The position numbers and the translations under genes were made by a program. Under the pieces are notes generated by a model. That model was not told the DNA's origin, did not search any database, and worked only from the letters and a program-made list of their open reading frames with translations. From Psilocybe cubensis (lineage: Eukaryota): a stretch of 64,000 bases of DNA. The stretch is from assembly GCA_017499595.2 (NCBI GenBank), contig CM039009.1:1736001-1800000 (forward strand), given 5' to 3'. The first letter of the stretch is position 1. Each line of letters starts with the position of its first letter. Shown here piece by piece: positions 25,493 to 39,364 of the stretch.

Positions 25493-26388
25493 AGTTATCT
25501 GACCTTTCCAAGTTAATTGACATCAAACGGCATTAAAATTACTAACCAAAACACACCGATTTTCATTCTCAGTTCAACTCAGATAGACACTCATTTTCTT
25601 GGTTACAGTATACACGTTGGTTTCATATTGACTAACATTGGTTAAACCATCATTCCATAAAGTTCTAATCACGCTCTTTGATCTCTCACAAAGTGTTGTC
25701 ATCCAACTGCTTCAACGCTTTATAAGTGGTGCACGGCTTCTGTCCTGTGACCAGCAACGGGCCTGCTAAAAATATATGTAATATTTTCATCCGCCTTGTT
25801 GAAACGGTCGAAGGCACTTTAAATTGTATGTATAAAAGCATATCTTCCGACTTCCGATTGGCTACCATTGTCGGTTATAAATGGGACTGGGCCTATAAAA
25901 CCTCAGTGTAGCAGGATCTTAGTGTGGCTAGGCCGTAGCGACGAATGAATTAAATACTCTACCAAATAAAATAAATAATTAATAATAGAACGATTAATTT
26001 GCTATGCCAGTACCTGGCATGCTCTAGTAGAACCTTGCCGTATCACAAATGTCGACAGGTCTCCCTGCTAGGTTCGCATGGGGTGACGATCAAAACACTG
26101 GTGGATCACGTATGCTTAAGCATTCTGGGTCCCACCAGTACAAAGGGGAGCAAGCTCCCCAATAAAACAAAACAAAACAACAGAAACACGCAACAGATTG
26201 ACGTTATCGTCTTTTTCAAACTGGTCTTCAACTACAAAGAAAAATACATACTAATACAGATCACAAACCCCCTGAAGTGTGTATATACTCAGTTCCGAAT
26301 GAAAGATACCATCAAGTCACTCTTCAGAGTATCCAATTTCGGATTTCGGAAGCGCGATACGCGTAGGCTTCAGATATACGTGAAAATG

Positions 26389-26575
26389 TAAAGGGACAAA
26401 CACTAATTTCCATAGTGTCAAAAGCATTGCAAATACATACAGACAGTAATCACAAGATTGATGACAATGTAGCACGATACATGATAGACACCCAACACAA
26501 CGCACCCGTATTAGAACTCGTCTCGAACATAGATTTCTATACTTCGAGACTTTATTCAGAGAAACGGAGATGTCT
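26389..26575. repeat. Dispersed paralogous segment (other copies ~17433-17500 and ~27865-28003)
   Basis: AATTTCCATA.TGTCAAAAGCAT.GCAAATACATACAGAC is shared with the 17.4 kb copy. ATACATGATAGAC...ACCCGTAT.AGAA.TCGT.TCGAACAT.GATTTCT..ACTTCGA is shared with the 27.9 kb copy. Confidence 0.75.
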
Positions 26576-26970
26576 GGAGTTAAAGAAGTATGGAATGAAC
26601 ATCCACGGCCACTCCTCTAGTCGACTCGAAAGGTGTGTAAGGGGTCAGTCGAATGACAAAACAATCCATATAGTACTCATCAGGTCGTTGGGATGGGTAC
26701 GGAGACGTACTCGTCGAAGCTGCGGTGACGTCGAAGAGGCTATGTGAAAAGCATTTTCACTGTCGTTGAATTGACAGGATAGACGTGACAAACGCGGAAC
26801 GGGTATTGGTTACATTGGTGATGGTGACACAGCGGATTGGATGGGATGAACGTAGCGGAGACGGAATCGACGAAGATCCCGTGATACTTCTATAGAATAC
26901 CCTGCTTCGGAACTGAACGTTCGGACACCGGCAACTGTAAAAGAACGAGACCAGAGTTATTAGGAGAAGA

Positions 26971-27500
26971 TCATGTTTGCCTGTCAGTGTTGGTACTGTT
27001 GTTAAAGGATTCAACGAAACCAGTGGAGGAATATTGTGATGATACAGTTGAGGACCGGTTCATATAGCCACCAGCGCGTGATTGACAACCAAAGGAGTAT
27101 GACAAAGAAGAGTGGCTTGAAGACCTTTTGATGATTTCAGTATTCGAGACGTCGTTGCCATACGATAAGGAATCGACAGACTGCTGATGATGTGACTGTC
27201 GATATATGTCGGCGTTGGTTGTATTGAGAACAACATGTAAATTGGATCCAGAATGTCGTGTGTTCGAGATCCGTCGGTGAAGACACTGGTACTGGGTATA
27301 CGGATTTGGTGGAACAGTGCGGCTGATGTTGGTATTTTTGAAGATGTTGCGATGGTCGATGCTGAGGATGAGATGAATACTGGGGCTGGTGTAGAGGAGA
27401 TGATTGATTCCTCCAATCCTGAACAAGTTCGAATATTGGATTTCTGACCTCTTCCTTGTATTCAGCTACCCATTTTCGGACGATAGCATCATCTCTCTTA
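26971..27500 (-). CDS. Ser-rich hypothetical protein, possibly frameshifted
   Basis: Overlapping long minus-strand ORFs (DDAIVRKWVAEYKEE...; SSTVSSQYSSTGFVESF). Confidence 0.28.
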
Positions 27501-28881
27501 CAATATTCGATTAATGAATGGGAGAACAAAGGTGATGGATTCAGTAAAGTGACAAAGTAGTGATTATGAAACAGGTATGACGCACCCAAATAACGGAACC
27601 CAGTAGAAGGAACGAAGAAAAATAATTTTAGCCAGACAAATCAAGAAAGGAAAGGAAGAAAGGGACTCTCGATACTCAACTAAGTATACTGTTTTTAGCA
27701 TAATCGACGAACATCTTCAGGATCAATTCTATCTTTTGTAGCGCCTATGAGGACTCAGTCTTGGGTCCACTTATTGTGCGTTGTCGAACCTACAAATAAA
27801 GAATTACCATAGTAGGTCCCATGAGAAAATGAACCAGATAGCACGCAAAGGAAACAGAAAAGCATAAGTAATCACAAAATTCAGGACGAGGGCACGCAAT
27901 ACATGATAGACGTGTATACAAACCCAACACCACGAACCCGTATCAGAAATCGTATCGAACATGGATTTCTGAACTTCGAAACTTTACTCAGGGAAGCGGA
28001 GACACGATCCCATTCCTACAATGGAAGATATACATGTCAATGAAAGTGTACGTCAAGCGGCACGCTACATCAGATGCGACCAACCTTCATCTTTAGTTGG
28101 GCCTCTTTGAGTACCGTATCAGAATTGACAACTGTTACTGGACCTAAAACAGATCAACTTGAGTAGCTGTCGTAGTGATAATACCACCCTACATACCATT
28201 GCCTTCGTCGAGTGCGCATTCAATTTTGGCATATATCGACCAAACGCGAGTGATGTGTCCAAATTCCCATGCACGTTATGCCCTAACCACCGGAAAGCAG
28301 AGATATTCTAAATGCTGTAGATGGTAGAGACGTCGATGGGAGATTCTCGATGCAACGCCATCTATATTACAGTACACTGAAATCAGCGTGGAATAAGTTA
28401 ATACACTGTGTACTGTGGTAGGAGAAGACAGCGACAGGGTAGGAGTAGGTGGTGTAACATGATACAGTGTCGTATATGTCGTGGTGAGCGGAGAGAATTT
28501 GGGACATCATTTTTTAAGAAGAGTGTGTGGTGTATATCACAGTAGGTGCAGACGGTGGAGGACATACAACAGAATGTATCATGTGTATTGTATACATCAC
28601 AGACACCGGCGGCGGTACACTGGGATGCCAGGACATGTAACAAAAAGCGCGTCGTAAGGGTTTTGGTGGATGGCAGAGGAGAGTCGATTTCTGCTTACGT
28701 GATACTCACGTACACAAACGAGTACCGTCTATTACGGCTTCTCAGAGGTTGTTCCCGCGCATTCTTACTATACTAGGAGGTACCAATAGTATCAATGATG
28801 CCTGCACATCATCAGTAAGTTACAGAAAAACAGAACAAACGGACCAAGCAAACTTGTATACAATATATCACGAATCTGAAA

Positions 28882-29766
28882 TTAGACGATGAAACCACTA
28901 GCATTAAAATCTACAAAAGATTGTGACGATGCGACCGGGCCGGTGCCAGTATCAGTTTCAAGGCCCTGTCGAACATTCATGAAACCGTTTACATTTGCAT
29001 CGGTACGTCCACTGAACGGTATATCGGACACGAAGGACGACTGATTCGTACAGAGGTAGTCGGCGTGCTTCCTAAGGCATACAAATGGACTAGGGACTGT
29101 CGGGGGTGTATCATAGACAGGCTTTGTGAACGTTTTGGTAGTCTGCGTTAGAGTGTCGATATCTGTGTCCACACTTGTCCTACAATGCAAATCAGAAAAC
29201 GCCTGAAGTAATGTATAATCAGTATTCCGCGTAGATACATAATATTATAAACACACCGAGTCCAACGAAAGAGAAACATTGGGCTTCGTTTGCTTGGCTT
29301 GTGCAGAAGATAGCTTAACGAGGAGTCAATAAGTAAACTAATATACGACAATGTCGACGATAGTCATAACGCACATTCATATCATACCCCTGGCTATGAG
29401 CGTTATTAACAACGTCTCCCGAAGAATTAATCAACGCGATAGAGTAAGGCGATGAGCGTGGCTGAGTCTAGGTGTGTATATGTACATACTATCAATCAGC
29501 TACCAAATGAAATGTGACGATGACCGACAAATGGAAACCTACAGGACGCTTGGACACCTTCTTACCGAAACAATTCCGAAAGGCATTGAACGCCCGTCTC
29601 TGGGCGACAAAAACGACGTCGTTTTGATACTGCATCTGAAGCTCCTGCTCGTGCAACAATCGAGCTGAGGAACTGTGATTTCATTAAACCATACGTCAGA
29701 CAACGAGAAAACAGAAAGCATACGAAGATCAACATACATTTCATCCTGAACTTGTTGAGAAGACAT
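28882..29766 (-). CDS. Multi-exon hypothetical protein
   Basis: TATA-like box ~40 nt upstream. In-frame splicing MSSQQVQDEI|SSARLLHEQELQMQYQNDVVFVAQRRAFNAFRNCFGKKVSKRP|TQPRSSPY... ending ...NASGFIV*. Confidence 0.5.
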
Positions 29767-30099
29767 ATAGTCCGCTAATTAGAAAGAAGGACCAAGGTTT
29801 GCGGAGTATATATGAACAACGACTTTGTATTTATTAATTATATATGTCAGGTATCCACTCGAGTCGCCGGAATATACACTAGGTCATTCCAGTCCATTCA
29901 AAACAATGACATAAAAACGGTTACACTAGATTACAGCTCACGACATTAAATACATGTACAGAAAAGGTATCGCGCTCGATTGTCAATATCGTCGAGAGTG
30001 GCGTAAAGGAAACTACCACATATTACTGCATGACACTCACACACCCGAAATACACTAGCAATGTAAAGAGAATTACTAAATAATTGCATACGATATTCA

Positions 30100-30760
30100 C
30101 ACCCGAGATACATTGCAAAGTCCGATTTCCACGGTACTCTTGGTCAGGGTGTACCACTAGTAACTACCCTTGGAGCTACTGCACAGAACCTAATGCACAC
30201 CATATCGGTAACACGGCCACCAATGGCATGGATGTCGGTAAATTCCAGTGGATACATCTGGAGCAGGACTACACGAGCGAGTGTTTACTACACGTAAAGA
30301 CACACTGACTTTCAACCAGAATGTTCACCGAATGCATCCCGTCGTGTAAACTCTTTCCTCGAGAAAGCAACGGTATCATTATACTACCTTTACCATCCCG
30401 ATCCAATAACAAGTTCAACGCTCGTATGTACAATTCAACACAGTTCAACTCACATCTCTCATGGAGTGCGTAAAAGATCATTCTCACTGTGCGTGCACAG
30501 AATACTCAGGGAAGAAAGAAAATGTTTCGACGTACAACGACCGAGTGAGACCTGGATCGATAAAAAAAAAGGAATGCATCCAGACCACTACGAACGCTTT
30601 GGATATGTCGTACATAAATTCATCTAACAGCGCCCGCAATGAACTAGAAAGGACGCCACAGAATACCGGCGCATCTTCGAAAAAGCGAGGTACGTAAATA
30701 ATTAACACGTCAAAACATATAGCGAATTGAATACAACTAGATCCGGGCAAAAAACACAAT
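30100..30760 (-). CDS. Possible hypothetical gene
   Basis: Exon-like ORFs YVPRFFEDAPVFCG... and ELYIRALNLLLDRDGKG... Boundaries unresolved. Confidence 0.28.
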
Positions 30761-30935
30761 GACACAAACAACCCAGTCGTTGCTGGAGGGACAACCAAAG
30801 ATTCTATATTTGTTAATACAACGCACAAACAGTATAAAAACTCTAAGAGGATGACACCGAGAACGAGAAGACAGGAATATATTGTAGACGACACAGAAAC
30901 GCTACCATTTAGGTTATACGCATCAGGAAAGTAAT

Positions 30936-32432
30936 CTAGTTTAACTTGACACGCGAAAATTTCGTGAAAAACCGATGGCGTAGAGCGGATTCGATAGTGA
31001 GTCTGCGATGAGGGTCGACTGCAGTACACATAGATATAAATTCCACTGCGTCTGACTGGTTGATTGATTTCTAACAATGCATTTAATCATAGACTTCACG
31101 GTTCACGAACGCTCGAGGTAACACACCTTGAACCACTTGACATCGGCCACATGGCGCAAAAGCTTGTTGCGAACTTTAGCATTGATTGCTGCGCCACGGA
31201 CTTTCGGGACCCTAGTTTTAGTTCGGAATATCGCTGGATGCATTTCACTGATATCTTGAGCCTGACCCGGAGCGAAATGTCCAAGCAGCCTCTCCATACA
31301 GAAAAAATACTCCCGAACATCATCTGTCTTCGGAAACAATGACAAACCCGTAAAGATCTCGAATGTTAAACATCCGACAGCGAAGACATCGACAGGGAAA
31401 CCCCAACCGACACCTATAGAAGCGTATAATCAGAAATGTAAGGAGTATCGGAAAACGTCATACCCACCACCATACACTTCCGGAGCACGATACCCCATTG
31501 TACCGGGGACAAAATGGAGGTTACGAGGACTTGTGACAGAATCTTCGAGGTCAATGATTTTGATTTGGACATTAGACACAACGTTCTTCAAACACGTATT
31601 CTTTAAGCATTGTAATGGTCTAATTGACAAGAATTGTGACGTACTTTGTTGTAAAAAGCGCCATCTGGACTGATATCAGACACAGTAGTCGTTTGGTCAT
31701 CGACGAGAACGACGTTCTCAGGCTTGATGTCCGTATGCGCTATATCCAACGTATTATGTAGGACTAAATGTACATGAATATCTGACGCAAAGTAATCACC
31801 ATAAATTGAAAACACTCACATGCCACACCGTTACATACTTGCCACATTATGGCCTTGATTTGGAACAAAGGAAGGGGAAGCACATTTTCCTTTGTTATCA
31901 TTTCCTTGAGATTCATTCCATACAATTCGAATACGAGACAAGGATGACGGAGGTGAAAGACAGTTTCCGCCAGACCACAAATAAAACTGAAGTACAATGA
32001 ACTACAGTGAATAATGGAATCGACCAAAAGAAGAAAATACTCACCTTGCATCCACAGATGAAGAATTTTTCAATAATGCAGATACGTGCGCGGCACGGGT
32101 GGCCCGCACACTCTCACCGACGGTATACATAACTTTAATCGCGACGACGCGGGCACAGCTTTTACTTTCGCATCTCCACACTTCACCAGAGTATCCGGAA
32201 TTTATTAGTTCGACGGCAAGATCTCAAAATAATAATAATAAAAATTTAAAAAATGAGGACGATGATAAGTAGAGAAAACACAGTAAGTTAATCAAACTAC
32301 TTACAGTCGTCTGCTATGACGTCGTTCTTCTGGACATTTGATGACCTGCAACCAAGTTAAATACACGACAAACAAATACAGAGAAACATACACAAAGTTT
32401 TCAGACCCACTGGATGACTGATTGTCATCCAT
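30936..32432 (-). CDS. Divergent CMGC (LAMMER/CLK-like) protein kinase
   Basis: Spliced motifs: SGYSGEVW, VAIK, HPCLVFELYG, HTDIKPENV, IKIIDLE (DFG variant), GTMGYRAPEV, WGFPVDVFAVG, EYFFCMERLLG (cf. EHLAMMERILG) and DPHRRLTIESALRHRFF. Confidence 0.85.
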
Positions 32433-32656
32433 ACCAAATAGAACTGGTAGTTAATCAAACGACTGTTCGCGTAGGTACGTAGAGGAGTTCGGTCCATTAT
32501 AAGCATATAGTACCCTACATCATTCAACTTTTTTCGAACAAAGAACAATACAAAACAATCGAATAGCACGTCATCCCGATGACCCTGATCCAATCCCAGA
32601 CCAGTTACGTGACCAGTTCATGACGCGTTATGTGGCGAATCAACTGACCACCCTTC

Positions 32657-32759
32657 TGACTAATCAACACTTTTTTGCCCACCGGGACCACATGGTTCTA
32701 AGTTTGTCAAAACTATTGACTAACGACAAAAACTACTGACAATGTTAATGACTAATCAA
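32657..32759. promoter_or_regulatory. Repeated TGACTAA motifs in the divergent kinase intergenic region
   Basis: TGACTAA at 32657, 32717 and 32749, two of them as TGACTAATCAA. Matches a bZIP/Yap-type site; function not shown. Confidence 0.3.
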
Positions 32760-33246
32760 TAAGAAAATATAGAATACGACCATTCACTTACCACTCAGTG
32801 AAGAGTAATACACACTCTCATCGTTCCCTACGTTTCTGTAAACGTTGGTCATAGTAAAGAAACAATTTTCTTCATCTTCTTCTTTTTTTTTCCTAAATAT
32901 TCAAATTTAATGATAATATAATATTATTCGGGTTGCTGACGTTTATGAATGTTCAACAAACGGTCATCAAATGATTAAATTTACATTACGAGCATTTTGT
33001 TCTATATCAGATTTCAGATTTTCCCATCACGACCAATAATCATTTACCATAGTACTTCGCACAGGTCTCACCGCAGACATCAACAGGAGAGTAACGGAAA
33101 ACTCACGCGTATATCACAGTCTGAAAGTCTACGACGGAATTGTATTATACGCACCCCTTCGACCGGCTGGTTCGAACCGATAACCGACTCCGAAAAATAC
33201 ATAAGACTCACGCATAGTAAACACTCTACATATACAAGGTACAACT

Positions 33247-34720
33247 ATGCCAGAGATATTGTGGACTATCAACACACCTCCGAGGTATGTAACACACTCA
33301 GGAATAACATTCCATGACATTTACAATCCGCTTTATATAGGTTCCCACAGAATAAAATGTTATGCAATCGTTGTGAGCGTATAACACGAGATTATGACAT
33401 ACATGACATTAACAAGTCCGACGCCGTAATACCCAGATACGATTAAACATATCCTACACGAAGGCAGATCGTCCCAGCTAGTGCAAGCAAAGGACATTAT
33501 AGACAAGACCATGAAAATAGTAAGAACGGTTTGTCGGACCCGAGCCACGGACATTATGATAGCCACTGAGTGTGAATGGCTTCGAGCGATAGGGGAAAGC
33601 AGTGGAAGGTAAGTGGCAATGACCATGATCAATGACGCTTGAAAATCTGTTGCCTCTTAGAATATCCAAGTTAATGGGATACCACACCGATAAAATTTAT
33701 TACTACTTGGTATTCGAGGCACCGACAAGAACATTAAGAGAAGTTCTGTCAACCCCAGAGCTTTACTTATCCGAGCGACACAAAAAAGAAATTGTATCCC
33801 AACTATTGCACGCAATCGACAGTCAGTAACAGCTCAACGACTTACTGTTCATAAACTAAAAACTCTTTAGGCATACACGAACACAGCATAATGCACAGAG
33901 ACATATCACCGGATACTATAGATTTCGTCAACGGCAACGTGATCAAAGAGAAGTGGTATAACTTTTTCATCGGTCAATTCGACACAAGGGTAAAACTCTA
34001 CCTTACTACTCAAACGGCGCTGTCATTCATGTTCAATACACAGAAAGTACTGGCAGCAACTAAACTACGACTTTCATTTTATGGATACACTACCGAGGAA
34101 ACACGTCTAACGGACCGTACGGAACAATATGCATCACCGGAAGTGGTCTATGGTAATGTTTTAATAAATTACTGTAAATTCATGACAAATGTATTCACCC
34201 GTTCCATATGACTCGATAGGTCTAGCAATCGGCAGACCAAATGATATCTTCTCGTTAGGTTGCATAATAACGGAAATATTCACCCGTGTGCCTCTTTTTC
34301 CTTCTTGTACCAGGTCACCATATTACAAACGGGACAAGACGCTTCTATACGACGCTATTCTAGGACCCTTCCCAAGCGGTCTCATTACACAGATAAGGAG
34401 ACCATATAGCCATGCTTTCACTTATCCTGATTCAACAACCCACCACACGACCCCATGTATATCAGACTCGATCAGAAAAACCGGAGATAAATCAAATACA
34501 TTAAGGGTAAGTACATTCCAAAATAAATAAAGAATACCAGAGCATGTCGCTAAATTCGATACATTAGAAACTAATTAAAGACAACGACGTACACACTGTG
34601 GTTAAGACTATGACCCGTCTCGATCCATTCGACAGACCAAGACCATCAGACGTTCTAGGACTTGCGTACTTCAAAGAACCGAACGTAAACGAATATGAAG
34701 AAGATCAGATCGAATATTAA
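33247..34720 (+). CDS. CMGC-derived pseudokinase
   Basis: Spliced: RYTIKHILHEGRSSQLV, KIVR in place of VAIK, YLVFE, HRDISPDTI, LRLSFYG in place of DFG, QYASPEVV, DIFSLGCIITEI, PLFP, LDPFDRP. Confidence 0.8.
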
Positions 34721-34942
34721 GATACAGAATTAGGTACTGGTGTATCGAATATGACATAGAACATATATACTGATTCGCAGACGCATCGATTAGTACTTGT
34801 CTAGTGTAGGCAATTGCATTAAGCGTGGCATTTACGAAGCCTTCTTTTGTGCTTAGAAATTTTGGTTATAATTTGCTATCTGGTTGACCGGTTCCGCCTT
34901 TACTGAAGTCTTCGCTGATATCCGAGCTCTTGCCCTCTTGAG

Positions 34943-35664
34943 ATGGTCAACGTCAAGATTCCGATCAGTGCTACCGGCACTTCCCTCATCTCGTTCAGCG
35001 CCGCTATCAAGGAGATGAACCGCACTTGCATATGTACCCAATCACAACTAAGAGATTTATGTACTAGGAAAACACTATCATGTCTCACGCCAGATAACTT
35101 AATGTACATGATTCACATCCGTGTCCAAACAAGCACTTCATCACAAATCACCTTCCCCGTGTCTCTGCACCACATATGGGTTGGCGCGTTCCTACACAAA
35201 CCGGAGCTTGTAATGTGCGAGTTTTTGAGTAATAGTCTAGCTGGACATTAATCGGTTCGTACTATTTTTTATTGATTTTTTGGTCAGTATTGTTGCGTTG
35301 CAGGAGGCTACAGGCAACGGCGAACCTTTCTCTGCCTCTGCAATTGGTTCTAACGCACACAACAACAGCAGCAGTAGTGGTTGTGCTAGATCAGATAGAA
35401 AAAGCAAAACTCACCGCCCCAACAGGGTTCATCAAAGCGCATAGCAGGGCTGTAGGCGCAAGCGTGATGGATTGCAAATTTGTCAAAGGTGAAGAATCGA
35501 TCCTTGTGTCGAATGGACTAGATATGGACACGGTAACGAACTGTACAAGGTATAATGTCTTGGGCAATATGAAATCGTTCAGGAGACAAAACAAGTAACA
35601 GTTATTGAACTGCTAAGTATTAATGTTTAGAACTTTACGTACTCCTCAACCTTGTGAATATTGA
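34943..35664 (+). CDS. Three-exon hypothetical protein
   Basis: ORFs 34943-35251 and 35272-35598 join in frame via a GTGCGA...TGCAG intron. A short last exon follows. Confidence 0.45.
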
Positions 35665-38568
35665 CACAATAAATGTCACTCATCGAAATCTTGCTATAGG
35701 AACAAACGGCAGATCTATCAAGTGGAGACGTAAACAGCAGTGGTGAGTACGCTACTCGTCACACGGCTGGGTACGGCATAAGACAGACTGTGGGATGACT
35801 CAACAGGGTTGAACACGAGAGGGGTGGTAAGTAGAACATGAGCGGCGAATCAGTACCAAGAGCATGGGATGGTCAAGAGATATGTAGAACCACAACATTC
35901 GGAAGCGGAATGAGTTGCAGCGCCAATGTTACATAGAACCCGGAGAAACAACACAGGAACACGTTTAAACGAACAGTGTTTTCCAGCTACATGCTGTCTC
36001 AGTGATATGACATAAGATACAAGTTAACCATCTCTTTGACGAAACTGAGGACGTATAGAACGTAGCGAAGGCGAAGGAATAAGACACCGAAAACGAGAAC
36101 ACGGCGCTTTTTGTGAATGGAAACGGGAAAACAACGAAAGCCCGTCTTTGGTCAACAAGCATTGTCCACCACTAGTGAGTTAGGAGTCCGAGTCAAACCT
36201 GTAAAAATCAAAAAACTACTGTGTGACATACATTATCGTCCTCAACACACATAACGAAACGTACAACGGAATTTAAAACTTACCAGCAAACCATGTAATC
36301 AAACATTAGACAGAGACTTGAAAATGTCTTGAAGACAAGTAGGAGACTCGGATGAAGACAATGGATGCCGATGAGAGGAGTGGTAGTGTTGGTAGCGACG
36401 ACAAAATGATGTAGCGGCAGCGAGACGACATATGATGGCAGGACAATAGATAGTGACTGGGATATGGTTGGTGACGACAAGGATAAAGACGAGAGAAATG
36501 TAGCGACGACAAGAGTGGCGGTGACGAAGAGAGGACGAGATCAAGAGGAGGACTCTAACATCGCGGTCCATACCTTAGTGAATCTTCGTATCTTTTCTGA
36601 ATACGCAAGGTAACGAGTGACGTGTTTGCATACATACCTGTTCGTCGAACATATCCAGAGTACGAGAAGAGACAAATGTAAAGCGCAGGGTCTGGGTGAA
36701 CGGCTCGAATTGGAGAGTATTCTCGTTTGAATTCCAATGAACAGACATGATGGACATGACAAAGTATGACTCACCCAAAATTGAACCGTTTGACCAACCG
36801 TTCCGATGAAACCGTCGGAACTCGAAATAGTTCAGTCAGGAACGAATGGCCTGGGAAACTTGGCCTTGCTGTAAAGTAAGGCTCTCACTTTCTAAAAGAT
36901 GCATGTTGAGGTAATGTTTCTTCGTGTTTTTCTTCACCCTTTTGTCAAACATTACCTGAATGGATTTCTGGCATATCGCCAAATGTTGGGACATTGTTTG
37001 GTCGATGATTGTGAATGTTGAGGGATTATTTGTCACAGTTTTCTTTATCGTGTTTGCCAATCATGACCGCCATTTGGACTAGACTCGCGACGAATACTCC
37101 TCTCCCTCCTAACATCTACGCTGATGACCATACCGTCTGACTGGCTTTCAGATATTTTCATATATCTCTACTCTGTATAACTGACTATTTTTTTTTTTGG
37201 TACATTTGCTATGATACATTTTGTACATATTTGTTTCTTTCTTCTCTGTACTTAAAATCGACCGATTAACCAGACTTACATGCATTAGTATTTTTAGTAT
37301 TTTTTGTATAAGTGTAAGTGTAAAATTGACTACCAGAACAGATTTCAACATCCAAAAAAAATCCCAACGAGACCCGAATTGACAAAGCTAATCTTTTATC
37401 TCCTAAGGGCTTGTCCGAAAGTTTACTGTTTTTGGCCCTCAAATCCGCGAGAATCTGGGTCTCAAATCCACGGAACCGGATAGACATTGTCAAGGATACT
37501 TCCAAATATAGAATTTTTTCTCTATCTACAACGATTCAGCTAAAAACCAATATTTATAAAGTCATCGCGACTGACGACCTCGACCACAACATCAGCGCGT
37601 TTGGATCTATATATACGGGTATCTGAAATCTGAAACCTCTAAATGTCTTTATACCACTTTTTGTTTCAATTTATTCCAATTTATATACTGATGAGCTAAT
37701 GATATGACGAGCAAATAAATCGCTTTTATGAGTTACATACACAGTTCCCAGAAGCGGACAAAACAAACGGATGATGGGTTCCAAAAACTCAATCGACTGT
37801 GGCTTTTACTGCGTCAAGAAATTAACATAATAAATTTCCAAACGCGATTGAAATGTACGACGGAACGAATGTTAACGACTGGACAAGCACAGTCACTCCA
37901 ACTTCTAGTCTTATCAAAAGAAACTCGAGTATTGAAAAGTACAATTGACCGGCACACTTCACTATCTTCACATTGAGTCCAATACAGGGTCGACTTTTGG
38001 CGTCGACGTTTTATAGTCTAGACGCGATAGCGTTCTATTCAAATTGTATCTCAAGGAGAATGACTACACATACGCCACGGCATGGCATGTGAACTCTCGA
38101 ATATCCTATCCGGTGAACCATGTTCTCAGAACAGTATGGTTCCAGGAACCGTGATCGAAGTTGATAATCACGCGCGGATACAACTGTATAACCCAGATGT
38201 AATGACACTGTCTTACTTGTTATAGGAACACCAAATGGAGATTTCAACCCACACAAATCACACGAAATATACAATGTACAGTATCGGATTTATGTCATTC
38301 ACTAGAAATGTGTGACTCGAGTATCTCCACCTACAAAGAGCGTTTAACGGCTCGTAAAAAACACCGGTAAACTGCGTAAACTTCACGTCCATCTAGATCG
38401 GAGAGTTATTGTGCCAGAGCAACAACTTGACCATCGTCGCCCCAATCAGTTATTACCGCCACTATAAATTCGATTGTATATCAGAACACTGGTAAAGTAT
38501 GTTTGTAATGGCTGGCTTAGGTGGTTGGATCATCGACGTGCGTTGTACACCTCTCACTATTGCTTTTT

Positions 38569-39201
38569 ATGACCATTCGCTTACTATATAACCAGCACTC
38601 TGTCGACCTGAAACCGGATATTACACACCACGAAGATTTATTTACGAGGGCCAGAGCACACGAAATGAATGTACGCACTGAAAATGTATCATCTATGCTA
38701 TTCTTCTATTAGAGATATGACCGAACTTACTTCGTATCTATAGGCCCCTAGACGCGTTCTTTGCATTGTTTTCGCTACAGGTGGCTCAATCGAACTCATG
38801 AGTATCGCCCCATTTAACGACAGAACTTCGGATGTATTCGACGTTGGAAGACTGTTCCCAAATGGTGCCATCAGCTCCCGAGTTACCTGTATTCCAGGTA
38901 CCGCGTTCAGACTCGGGAACCATCTTAGGATAATCGTGTCAAAAAACGACCGGAGCGGTCCTGTTAACAAGAGTGTAGAGAAAATATACAACATTCAATG
39001 GCACGGTAACATCGTCGTTGCCCAATACGACGTTAACGGTATACACCCGATAGATTTTAACATCAATCAAATCGAATCTGTCGTATCTATTTTCTCATTG
39101 TAAGTTTCATCACTACAGACCAATTGTTTCTAGTATTAATCCCAACAACAATGTCAAGGTGGATGAAAAACATGGAATCTATCGAACGTAACGTCACATG
39201 A
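38569..39201 (+). CDS. Hypothetical protein with 'N..i......W.Gni.v' motif
   Basis: TATAAA at ~38463 and in-frame introns. PVNKSVEKIYNIQWHGNIVVAQY resembles a motif I recall from uncharacterised Agaricomycete repeat-region proteins. Confidence 0.55.
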
Positions 39202-39364
39202 GCCTTAAATTTCGAAATAACATTGGAAAATGCTATCACTTCATCTGTCGGATCATTGACGGGTCTGTAAGTTTTGCTGTACACGCGCTACAAGACATTT
39301 TATCCGTCGTAATGTTAATTGTACTGGATTGTTTGCGATTAGTTATTACGCCTAGATATGAATG

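Noticed and set aside
30760..31077. 5' part of the 197-aa ORF as a membrane protein
   Set aside because: It overlaps the last exon and 3' region of the kinase in another frame.
37146..37628. Possible second MITE bounded by TTTCAGATA/TATCTGAAA
   Set aside because: Only a 9-bp perfect inverted match and no target-site duplication.
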